From positions 4,147,025 to 4,211,024 of the forward strand of contig CM082596.2 of NCBI GenBank assembly GCA_040954595.2: a stretch of DNA of 64,000 nucleotides, in the 5' to 3' direction. This stretch comes from Balanoglossus misakiensis. Lineage: Eukaryota; Animalia; Hemichordata. The notes under the pieces are model-generated. The model was not told the origin of the DNA. It saw nothing but the letters and a program-made list of their open reading frames with translations, and ran no database searches. Position numbers and translations under genes: made by a program. Of this stretch, positions 26,801 through 38,800 are shown piece after piece; position 1 is the stretch's first letter, and each line of letters begins with the position of its first letter.

Positions 26801-29017
26801 TTAATTGTCGTCCACTTTTGACATCAAATTTTAATAAATGCTGAAAATTTTCTGACAGATTTAAATTGATTATGTCATGTTTTCATTTTAAATTTCGGAC
26901 AGCTAGATTCAATGGATAATGAATGGCTGGCTTATTCACCAGTCTTCAATTGGATACTGCAAGATTGATCACCAAAATACTTTAAAAGTGCAAGACATCT
27001 GTACTGGGGCAATTGAAAGGGGACTGTACTTTACAGAGTTCAAAGCAAACATACTGGGACTCTGCTGTTCATGATGCTGTGGTTGGCACGAAATATATTA
27101 CTTGTCAAAGAGGCTTGTTGCAAAAGCATAATATACTGAACTTCAAGCATGCCCAGGATACGTGTTACGCATACATACTGACTTCTCTATCAAGTATGAA
27201 GGTACACGTACATATACATTTGTACATATACCGGTACATGTACATGTACCTGGGTGCTGTACGGTCATGGCCATTTTGTTTCTATTTTTTAAATTATTCA
27301 AATAATAACACACACCCATAAATAGACTCTTCAGTACACATAGGAAAACATACTCAGAACCTACCAGCCTGGTGAGACCCAGTGAGCTTTCATTTGCATG
27401 CATATTGTACCGGTACACTGCATACTGTATTGTACAAGAGAATTCCAGGAGCATGAGGTGTATAATAATGTCTATTTCCTAACATTGCCCATTTCTTGAG
27501 CACATAATCCTCCGTGAGCAATATCTACAACACACAGAAAGATGATATAAAGCTTCCACAAGTTCTGGAAATCCATCAGGAACCAGGGTTCCAAAATCAA
27601 TTTCAAGATGATTACTTTTCATGTGAGGAAAAACTGGATGACTGCGTTCACATTGTGCGCTTTAATCTGTGAACGGGGTAACGCATGAAATGATACTATC
27701 CTTTCAAATAACTGACAAAATTTACGTGACAAATGTGTGCTTTCATTGCTCGGGTAATCCACTCAGACTTCAGAATAACGGCACCAGAAAACTAATTTTA
27801 TTTCTTGAGCGTGATGAACTGTGGGAATTTATCACACCAGTCCTTTTTGTCAGCAATAAGAACTATCTAAACTGGTACATGGTCACCAAATGATGGGGAC
27901 CGTAGTATACAAACTTTCCCCTGAGTGTCCACCATGAACTGTAGAGTATATATAGAGTATACATGTATATGAGTGAATGTTGTAATCTGCAATGGTTGCC
28001 AGGCAAACATAATCAATACCTATCATAGATGTAAACTGACTAAAAGATGACAATTTCTGCATCCATACAAACCTAATAAGGGGAACAAACTCTCATTTAG
28101 GACATGCAAATTCCACCTGATCCCTTTTAAAATTAGCCACATATTTCTCTTCAGAGGCATGCAGTCGTTTCCAATTATGCGTCTCTTCTTTACTGAGAGA
28201 AATGTTCATTGAAGATGAATTTTCATAGTTCAAAAAAACTTTGTATTGATTCGCGAACATCACAGTGGTAAATGGTGCATACAGAGTATTCAATTGCTGC
28301 TAAACACATTTTCTGAATGCATATCAAGACTGCACATCTATTTTGGGTAATGACTGCAGCATTTCAAAATTCATACACTTCAATGAATGTCTGCCGCATG
28401 TTAGATAACCACGTACAAAAGAATTCAATTTCCATCAGGAGAATAATTGGAAAAATCTCTATGCACTCACCAGACTACAATGCAGACTTTTGTCGCTTGT
28501 TTTGAATACAGACACACACCTGTGCTAATAGATTGTTTCTAAAGAAAAAATCATGACGGGTTTGAAGGGTCTATTCAATAATCGACGTTGGTGGGGGGGG
28601 GGGGGGGGAGTGTTATCAAACATCAACTTTGGAATTCAATACAAACTTACCTTTCAAAGTAACACAAAACGATGCCATCAAAATAATATGCTTTTGTTTG
28701 AAAGACAGACATCGATTGATCATTCGTCTTCAACAACTCATTTTCAACACACGACTCAAACTGTACCATACAGAGTTTAAGATTTCCGAATAAAATAGTG
28801 ACATACAAGCGACCGTACAAACAAAGAATCTTTCACATACAAGCATAAATATCTCATACACCACATGTCCTACCACCTGGAGTCAGCACCCTTGACATTC
28901 ATGATACACCAACACCGATACATCACTCTCACTTTCTCTCTTGCCTCTGTTGCTTCTGTTGCAGCCAACAGTCACAGCTCCACAACCAGAGAAACTGAAT
29001 CCAATTAAGTAGGCAGT

Positions 29018-29070
29018 ACTTACCTAAAAGAGAACATAAAAAGCAGAAAGTCAGGCAAAATAAAATCCCA
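29018..29070 (-). other. Candidate recursive splice site (zero-length exon, AG|GTAAGT; junction 29024/29023)
   Basis: Minus strand attttgcctgactttctgctttttatgttctcttttag|gtaagtac: CTGAC branch-like motif, long pyrimidine tract, AG directly abutting a consensus donor. Confidence 0.6.
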
Positions 29071-31778
29071 GTTCACATTTCTTATACAAACATATCATTG
29101 CTATAAACTTTAAAGCCCCTATTACACAAGATTGGAAATAAACTTCTATTCCTCAGAAGTTAACAGACACAGATGGTTGTGTCATAAACCTTGGTGTCAC
29201 TGGCTGTTGCTATAACTTATAGGGAATTGCTACGTAGACTTAAGGAATGTTTGCAGGGCAGACACAATCTTTCTGATTATCTGTATGTGTTCGTCACTTT
29301 TAATTGTCACAGTGCAAATCCAGTGTACTGGTATGAGTCGATCGTGCATGTATACTGGGGTATATACCGTACATGTTGTACGTCAGCCTTTGTGACAGTA
29401 CAGATGTAAAACTTCAGGTCAATGAGCATATGGAAAAGTGCAATCACACTATCATGATTATTTTGCTAGTTATGAAAATTTTCCTTCGTCAGAAAGATTG
29501 TTTTCCTGTCGGTACCGCACAAGGATTCACTTACAATATATGTCTTTTGTGATACATATTCCACAACTGGTAAACTCTTATTGCAAAATTAACATCACAT
29601 ATCAGAACTAAAAAGCAAACACAATCTCCTGAACATGTCAATTTGAATATCTGCATACTGTATATGTAAATTTGAGGATATACTTGAGTGTTTATTACTC
29701 CTTGGGGATGTGTTGTCGGGGGAACGAATGGGTAATGTTAAATGTTCACCAATATGGTCTTGCTGGACCGCAGAAATAGTCCACAAATAACTGCAGTATT
29801 ATCACGTGGCACACTTAATCATCGCAATCAATAATTTATTTGCAATGCACTTTTTTTTTAATTCCACATCCCGAATGATATTCATGCAAATACAATTAAA
29901 CAGTTGACACTTTATTAGTATTCTGTATTTGTTTAATAGAATTAGGTCAAGGCTTGAGGTTGATGATGATGATGATGAACGGTACCGAAACTGGAAGGCT
30001 TTATGCAATCACAAAAATGCAACTATGGGTATAAAAGTCATGCACTCATCTATGAATTATTAATTTGTGCAGGGAAAGTGCTCTGACTCACGATGGCAGT
30101 TGATGCCCCAAGTAGCATGCTGAGAGAGTATAATCCAATCCTGGGCAGTCTCTCAAATCATTATTAACAAGCGCCGAGAAAAAATCAATATCGCTTCTGC
30201 ACATTAGAACAGGAATCCATTACTTGATTGCATAATTTCAATTTGACCATTCAAACCACCTACAGCGCGCAGTTAATTTTTTTTTTCAAAACTTGGTGGA
30301 ATTTTATAAAACTGAATTTGAAATTGTACAGCAGGAAGGTTTTTTCACAAATGGGCATAATGATTAATTGATTCAAAGATAGATGACAGTATTCTTAATT
30401 GATTACATAGTTCTCTATTTCTGCTATAATTACCTGCAGGCTGTAGTGTTTTAATTAATGACTATGCATTAATGTTACGATATATCACACAAAAACAGCA
30501 GCAACAAATTGATTTTAGATCATTTATTTCATCGTAATTTTCAATCATTTACAAAAAATATACATCTCACAAATGATAACCGTACAGATATATTTATGAC
30601 ATCTACTGTATCAATACTATCATGTAAATCCTCACAAAAAGCAAGTTTCTGATAAACACAGCATCTCTCAAAGTTACATACTTGAAAAAAGAAACTGAAG
30701 TCATTATTTTTTCTGATACACTTTTTTTATTTCCATTCATTTCAAATACAATATTCCTTTGTGATAATCACTCTACACTGCACAGTTGCTACAGACTGGC
30801 TGCTCGCGGTTTTCAAAATATCTAATGATGGCAATTAAGACTACACACTTTGTAAATAACACAACTGTCTCAGTAAAGTGCCTTAGTGCTCTTCAGGAAA
30901 TAATGTGTTTATAAAGGAAATGATTTCTGTGACACTGAAGGCTATAATTTACCTCAGATACATTCTCACGAAATCTCAATAAATATATATTTTTCTTTTT
31001 TTATTCAACAGCTGTCTATTTGTTTCAATCAAAGTGGGACGTGATAAATTCCAAGTCAATGAAACGAAGATGTGAACTGCCTCACATATGGCAGCTGAGG
31101 AACAGAAGATATAATTACCGGTAAGACATATGGCCTCTGAATACTATTTGATGGCTTAGATAAAATGTTTCCCGATGCTGTATATCACTGGCATTTTCTA
31201 AATTGCGACATAATTAGAAGACGAGTCAGTCTCCATATAAAATACACACCAAGGAGACGATAAAAAGCTGTACTTAAATTGATTCAGTGCAGCAATAAAT
31301 GTTGACCACGAGGATATTTTGTGGAATAGAAAGAAGAAAATTGGGTGCTGATGGATCAATTCTCAATTAAAATTCCACCAAAAACGAGCGACATGCACAT
31401 GTGCACACATAATCATCAGCACAGCTGAGCATATGCCTGTCCACAGTAAAAGTTATTGTCTTTTGGACATGGATATTCTTAGACCTGGTTAATATCTGTC
31501 ACTGAAAATGTGACACTGTAGTGTCGTCATGCTCAGAGTACAGTAATATGCCTTGGGAATGGTATATGGGTATGTCGAGTGCTGTAGTGTTAGATGGTGA
31601 CAGCTATTGACACATTTAAGTCAATATGTGTAAGCGTAACACATAGCGATGGTCTCTGCTAATTTCCAGTCTTCATCTGTTGGTCTCTCAACGGTATATC
31701 TTCACCTATGCAAAGTTCAAATCAGCTTAGTTAGACCATGGCTTCCAACACTAGAAGTGTTATTTTGCAACAGCTCAC

Positions 31779-31924
31779 CATATCATAGCCCCTGTGCCCG
31801 TTAATGAGTTATTTACATATCTGGACAATAGGACGATCGCGGAGGGCACCAGGTCGTCATGCTTGAACATGGTTGATTGCAGATCTTCATTGTGCCAGCA
31901 TCTGATAGCCCCTCCACAGTACAG
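31779..31924 (-). other. Candidate 146-nt exon whose last codon in phase 0 is ATG
   Basis: Acceptor catttgcag|, donor ATG|gtgagc; alternatively reads MFKHDDLVPSA...AMI into phase 2. Confidence 0.35.
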
Positions 31925-33115
31925 CTGCAAATGCTGTATAGTATATAACACTGTAGTACATGTTTTCAAATGACGATTGGACTACATAGATCAAATTGAG
32001 TTTTTATTTCTTGGAAGCAAGATCAGAGTATTAATGAAAAGTGTTAACGAAATAAAACGAATAAGGACTACTTATAATAATAATATAATGCCTGCCAATT
32101 TTCCTTCAAATTCCATCAGTTTTCCATTCGCAATAGAAATATTAATGGAATGGAGTCACTGACTATTGGCAACAGCAGACTTGTACTGCCCGGCCATTGG
32201 TGGAGACAGTTCCATACACCTTCAGCCAGTTTTTGCCTAGCAACTAAATGAAAGAATTTTGAATATAAACAATTTGAGTGTTTTTTTCTGTGACACAATG
32301 AGACTTTATCGATCGGAATGAAAAGGGGATCAATAATACGCGAGTGTGAAGAAAAAAGTGGGCATTGATTCTGCTTCATAATCAGAAATGTGTGAGAGCA
32401 ATTGCCTCACCTTGGCAACCAGAAACGGCAACATGTGTATTACACTCTAAATCAACAATGTTTGTTGCCAAAGAAACAAAGAAATATTCAATGAATTTCA
32501 TTCAATTGCCCTGCAGCACAGACATTCTACCTGTTAAAATTCTGTCAACAACTGATTTTTTTCCTTCTGATAGTTACTGCTTATACGCAGGTTCTTATTA
32601 AGCCATATATGATTCCAGTGTGTATAGGGCTTCACTGCAGTTTGTCCTTTTACAATGGATGTTTTCAACATCTGTACACAGAAATGCACTGCTTCTGTGA
32701 AATCTCTTGTAATTGAAGTCACTCTGTCTGAGCATGATGTAAAGCTATCTGATAGTTTGTGTACAGTATGCAAATAACAGATGTTTGGTGATGTGCATTT
32801 CATCATAGCCATCAAATCAATGACCTTTTTATGACTGGGTCATTACTTGGATATTTTTATTACTTTCAAAAATTTATGCCTGCAGTATATACCGGTATTG
32901 TATACCTATCGGCAAGTGTACTCAATAGCTAAACATTTGCAACGTGATCGAGGGCTTCTACAAATTAATGAAAGTGAATGATTATAGTTTTGTCATGAAT
33001 AATGAATATTTTCGTGTACGCTTCATGTACATACTGAATATTTTTCGTTTTCAATGTACCGGCATACTCTGGGATGTGAGCATTAACTATGTCCATTTGT
33101 GACAAAATTACTCAC

Positions 33116-33400
33116 CCACAAAAGGACAAAAACGGTGGGAGATTTCTTATTTAATCCACATCAAAAAACTCCAGTCCACTTCATTTGTCTGCTTGACTGA
33201 GAAGTCGTACAGTTTACCCAAGTATGATTCAGATCTGAATAAGTTAATCTTCGCCTGATCTACTTAAAGATTTATGGGTTGCTTTTTGCCGGGAGTTATT
33301 GTCTAGGGTTGCCGACTTCATGCTTGGCCAATTTAATAGATCTCCGGGCAGTGCTGAAAATCGAGAAACACTCCTGCACTCAGCAGCCAATATCACATCC
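33116..33400 (-). other. Candidate non-coding first exon carrying uORFs
   Basis: Strong donor TGG|gtgagt at 33115-33114, CpG patch and CCAAT motifs near 33330-33390, three short closed uORFs; 5' end approximate. Confidence 0.4.
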
Positions 33401-35414
33401 TGTTTGACCATCAACCGAACATCATGGCAGCCAAAACTTTCAAGTACCGTCGGCTGATGGAGAAAGTGCTTAATACTTTAATACAGTCTTTCAATTTTGC
33501 GTTTTATGTCGTATCCTCAGTGGAATGCATGCAACAACACAGACATTTCCTGTCAACGCAATCTGATTCATTCACTGAAATGACACGGCACAGGTTTAGT
33601 GCAATTTACGCAAGTGCTCTATCGACTTTAGTTCCACTACAACACAATCTGAATGTCCATCAAGTCTGCTTCTTCGGGGAAATATTTGAAACAAACATTC
33701 CTTGTTCCAAATACATAATTCTTAAATGATCAAAATATTATTTCATAATCAATTGGTAAATTAGACAGCCATGGTGAGAGAGAGAATGTTGACACAGTGA
33801 GGATGTAGATGAACACTTTTCCCCTGTCCATCTACAATGTAGTCGTTGCCATATCTCTTGCCATAAGCTCTGCTGAAGGTATGAACTGAAGCAACACATT
33901 ATTCATTAAGTTCACCACTAAAAGGCTTTGTTCAGCTTTGCTTTAATTTCCAAAGTCAGTGAGACTGCATTTGATGACTGTCAACAACAAAAAGTGCTGG
34001 TAATCAACTCGCGTGCTGAGAATTTCATTCAAAACTGTGCATTGACTCTAGCTCTTTGATTCGAGACGATATTAGAATTCCTAAACACTTAACACATTAC
34101 CAGCCCAAGTGCAGGTGTCCTTTGTTACAAGCAATTACTTCATACAGAAAGAAATGGCCTCGTAGTAAAAGAAAATAGTCTCTAAGGACAGTTCAGTAAA
34201 TCATAGACAAAAAAGTTGACAAAATAACAGGGACACAAGTTTGTTTTGTACTTGAAAACAAAAACTCCAACAGCAATAAACTATACGTTACTGCCAAACC
34301 CACATTTGATTTAAATCTTAATTTCTGAAGGAAATCTTTCAACATAAAATTTAAGACTTTTTCATGTAACATCAATAAAACACACGACCTTCTCATTCAT
34401 TCTCTCACATAACATTTTATGAAGTCACTGCAGCCTTGTCTTGTTGAAAGGAAACCACTAAATCAGATTAATTCTATACTCTTCTGCCTTGGAGTCAAAA
34501 CGGGTTGATCATGTTGTCAAAGTTGTAAGCTTCATGTAATGCGAGGAGTGGAGTTTTATTCCCAAGGATAATTTGGTTGTTGGATTTAAGAGACAAATAA
34601 CCAAGGAGTCTTGCTCGCTGGCTTTTAATTACTCTTTTGGGGGACGTCGATGATTAAGACAGCGGCATGCAAAAGACTTCTCTTTGTAAGGGTGTTAAGC
34701 TATATTTTGATTAAAGTGTTCAAATACATACAAAGTTTTGGTAAAAAAATTATGAGTTCCGACCCCGAGTTCATGGCACAGATATGAAAATAACCCTTAC
34801 CCTGACCGCCATTTCAATTTACTTATGATATATACTAGGTTATCCAAATTTTGAAATAAACATATAATCCAGTGAATGTTAGAATAGGCCAAGAAATCAG
34901 TGTGACGCACTAAAAAGAGCGAGACTGTAATCAACAGATGAATGATTCAGGATTTTTGTCTCGTACAATGTTTACTTATCTAAGCTTTCAAAATTGAAGG
35001 ATTTGCAATCGTAGATCACAAGATATGCGAATGCGAGCGCGCGAAGCAGTCCCTGAATTTTAAGAACCACTTTTAGATGGCGCTGATAACGGAACGGAAC
35101 AGGAAACGTGATAACTTATCGCGTGTAATCAAACGGAATCAGGACTGTTTTTTACGATCACATCGTTCCACTGACAGCTGCTTTGATGAATATTTTAAAA
35201 ATGACACACATCAGTCAGCCGAAGTGTTTGACGTAACTGCGGCAACGTGATGCTGACAAAACCCAGAGACGTATAATTTTTTATATTAATGTGTAACTTC
35301 TGCCGTAAATCCATCGATGCTTATGTTAACACTGCTATAAGGAGGAGATATTGAAACTTTATCCCTGTGAGCTGTGGTAATAAAATTGCAGACACCGCCT
35401 TTACACAGTGTTAC

Positions 35415-35513
35415 CTCATCATGCCCAGTTACTTCTTCATAAGTTCCAATTCTGTAAGCCTGGTTCATTTGATAGTCAGAAACACTCACACACAAAAAGG
35501 TGAAATTCACCAT
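35415..35513 (-). CDS. Candidate alternative first coding exon (MVNFTFLC| or MNQAYRIGTYEEVTGHDE|), phase 0
   Basis: One open frame with ATGs at 35513 and 35468 and two phase-0 donors: TGT|gtgagt (exon end 35490) and GAG|gtaaca (exon end 35415). Confidence 0.4.
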
Positions 35514-35835
35514 TTACACATAGGGGTAATAATATTGACCACACTCAAAAAAGCAATGAAAATGCCAGGGTTTGGAAGAGGGATTCAAAACACTTTATTT
35601 ATTAGAGATAAAACATGTACTTTACTTTATATAAGTTTGAGCCTTTAACATTATAATACACATTTGCTTTTGAAGCACACACAAATGAAAAAATGCACCA
35701 TGCCATGGAAATTGAAAATTGAAATAAATAAAAATACATCCAGCAATTTTAAACTTTAACAATAAGGACAAGGTTCTTATTATGAGAGAAAACGAAAATT
35801 CTTATTTTAACAAAAAATTAATGAAGTGCACTTAC

Positions 35836-35844
35836 CATGACCTC
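35836..35844 (-). CDS. 9-nt microexon GAGGTCATG (EVM in phase 0)
   Basis: Minus strand tttttttctgttttattgcctttttggtctcatctttgtacgggtag|GAGGTCATG|gtaagt. Confidence 0.55.
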
Positions 35845-38800
35845 CTACCCGTACAAAGATGAGACCAAAAAGGCAATAAAACAGAAAAAAATCATAATTC
35901 AAATATAAAACTTTGCTTCTTCGCTTTAAGAGTAAGACAGAAGAATCATGTTTTCATGCTAAGACCATAATAATATACAAAGCTGCAGAAAGCAGTCCAA
36001 ATGAGCTCATCACTTATCAATGTCATTTGGGATATATAATGCTTCAATAATCAACAGTCAAATTGTACAGTTAGGTACTGGTCATCTTGACCAGTAGGTT
36101 AGGATCAGCATTTTCACCCAAGCCAATGTAAAACCCCAAGCAAGGCAAGATAGATGTATACACAATATTTGATACATGTAACTATAAATTACAGTAGTCA
36201 ACAACATTGAGTTTATACTGCCTTGAGGAGTAACGGCATATAGGGGGCAAAATATTCAACATATTAAACTTATCATTTGCAAGCAATATCAGTCACATGA
36301 AAAATCGTGATCTGTGAAGGCATTAATCTCCAGTTGATTCGTGTAACAGGTTGGATTTAAGTGGAATCTCTGCACTCGTATATTGTATCTCGTGCAACAC
36401 ATGTGACATAACTCTGCTTCACTGCTTGAGGGACAAATTGAGTCTGACTACATGAATCTAAACGACCGAGTTTAAAGTGACCGATTCATGAATTGTACGT
36501 TTCCAATTAATTCTACCAGATGGCAAAAGATATAAAAAGAAATCAGCTTTGTCTGACTGTTTATGAGGAATGCAATCTATAGCGCCAATGCACACACAGT
36601 GCAGAGACCAATTTTCCAAAACGTCTGCAGTGCAAGAACCCATTCTCGACTGAAGCCATTAAAATCATGCCTGAAGCACTGGGGTTCGCCTGTACTTTTT
36701 CGTACTACATGTAGCTCTAACTGCATGAATGGGTCACCTGTTTGCACTTTTACCTGCACCCCATGATTAAAATCACGGGCCCATCAGTGCAAAGACAGCT
36801 AAACACTTTTATGCATATGTGCATACGCTTTATGTTCTGAAACCCAATTTGCCCTGACCTTTGGGACAACATGTTGCCACAAATTATTGACACAACTAAG
36901 TCAAATGTGCACTAACACTAGTTGGTAATATATTACACCACAGCAAACGCAGCTTGTAGCGTGGTTGCTGAATATATCAAGAGAGAAATCAACCTGCAGC
37001 ATGTCAAAACATACCGTAGATGGTGCATATGGAGTATAGTGGACCATCTGGGCAGGACTCTGACCATTACAATAGTTTTAATTGATACAAGCTTAACAAA
37101 GGCTAAAGCAGTTAACTTTAAAACTGTGTGACTAGAGAAATGTTAAAATGTGGCTGGAGAAATGAATTCAAGAAACAAGTCTCTCCTTGAGAACATTTTC
37201 AACTTGTATAACGCAGATGGTACAGTCCAGTGAATGTATGAGTCTCTTCCTGTTTTCTTTTACAGCTGTCACACACATGTGAACAGACCCTTATTCTCAA
37301 AACCTGAGACTCAGCACATTTCCTGCAAATTTTCATAATCATCACAATCCATCACAATCCATATATAAGCATAGGCATCATACTTCTGGTGCAATATCCT
37401 CTACTTCATTCCACATCATTTGCATATGAATCACGCTACCTGCGACGACGGAAGGAATTCGCATGTAGGCACCGGTAACATTTCACTAATGTTCCGATGA
37501 GACTCGCATTCCGCCCAAGTCAGAACCATTACTGTCCGGAAGACGTACACTTTTACCTTCCTGGCTGGGCTATTAAATTTTTAATACCTGTTTATTGAAA
37601 AACTGTCCAATACTATATACAAACTAGATTAAAACGAAATGATGAGTGCACGGTCGGGAATGCTTTCTCAAATTCAGGGACGATTCTTTTATAGGAACAT
37701 TCTTATCAGTTTGAACATTAAATTGTTGTACGCCTTCAAACAACTACTCGCAGATCTCTATCACACATTACTTCCAGAATATCAAGTTTTAATCACAGTG
37801 GTTTGATCGTTTTCTTGAAATCATGAAAAAAAATTCCACTTCACAATGAAAGCTATAGGACGAAACTCAAGAGTTGTACGAGATTTTAAAGTGTCTGTTG
37901 AACATGAGAATTAAACCCTAAATTCAAAAGTGTCATGACAATTGTATCTGCAGCTGAAAACGTAATTAAAAAAACCCACATTATAACATAAATGATGTGC
38001 AAACATACAATTATATACCAAACCTGAAACCAGATAACCAACATGAAAAAAACCCTCACACAAAGCAAACTGCATCAATTCTTTGAAAAGCTGAGACGTC
38101 GACCTCCCTGCTTTGTATTTTCAAAAGTGCAACGTTTCCTCAAGTATCTATGCCCACACATACACAAAGACACTAATTCACTTTTTCTCACGAACTGAAA
38201 CTCTATATTTCACAGAAATTTCCCTCACTGACGAGTGGGCTGTTACTGCTCCGTAATTGCTCCAATCGACACAATGCCCGTCGCTGAAATGCCCTCGCAA
38301 AATGACTTTAATTTTCCTAACTGAAAGAATGGTACGTTTGGCTAACAACTGACTTCCATGACTAAGCGTCTCACATTGAACCGCAGTCTCAGTAGACACG
38401 CAAGCTCCTCGTTACCACGTGATTCCCATTACCATTTCCGTTTTTTTCTCTTCCACCAACATGTCTTATTTACTCAGTACAAAACCTTTAGTTTTGGAGA
38501 AAACAAGCAAAGCCAATTATGCCATCATCCTGTCTCTGTTCAACACAACCATATTTCACGTCTCATATTTCGGTCTATCGGGATTCCATAGGTGATTATT
38601 TCCAGTAATTTTGATCAAGAATGTAAACAGAAATGATTAAATTTCCAGTGCGTATCAGTGAAATTTTATTTGCAAATCTTGGCGAGCTCATTCACTCCAC
38701 TTCAAAGTGCCATTCACAGTGGAAATTTCATGTCTGAATATACAAGCGATGATTCAATAGAGCCGATTACTTTATTTTCAATAAAATAAAATGACAACCG

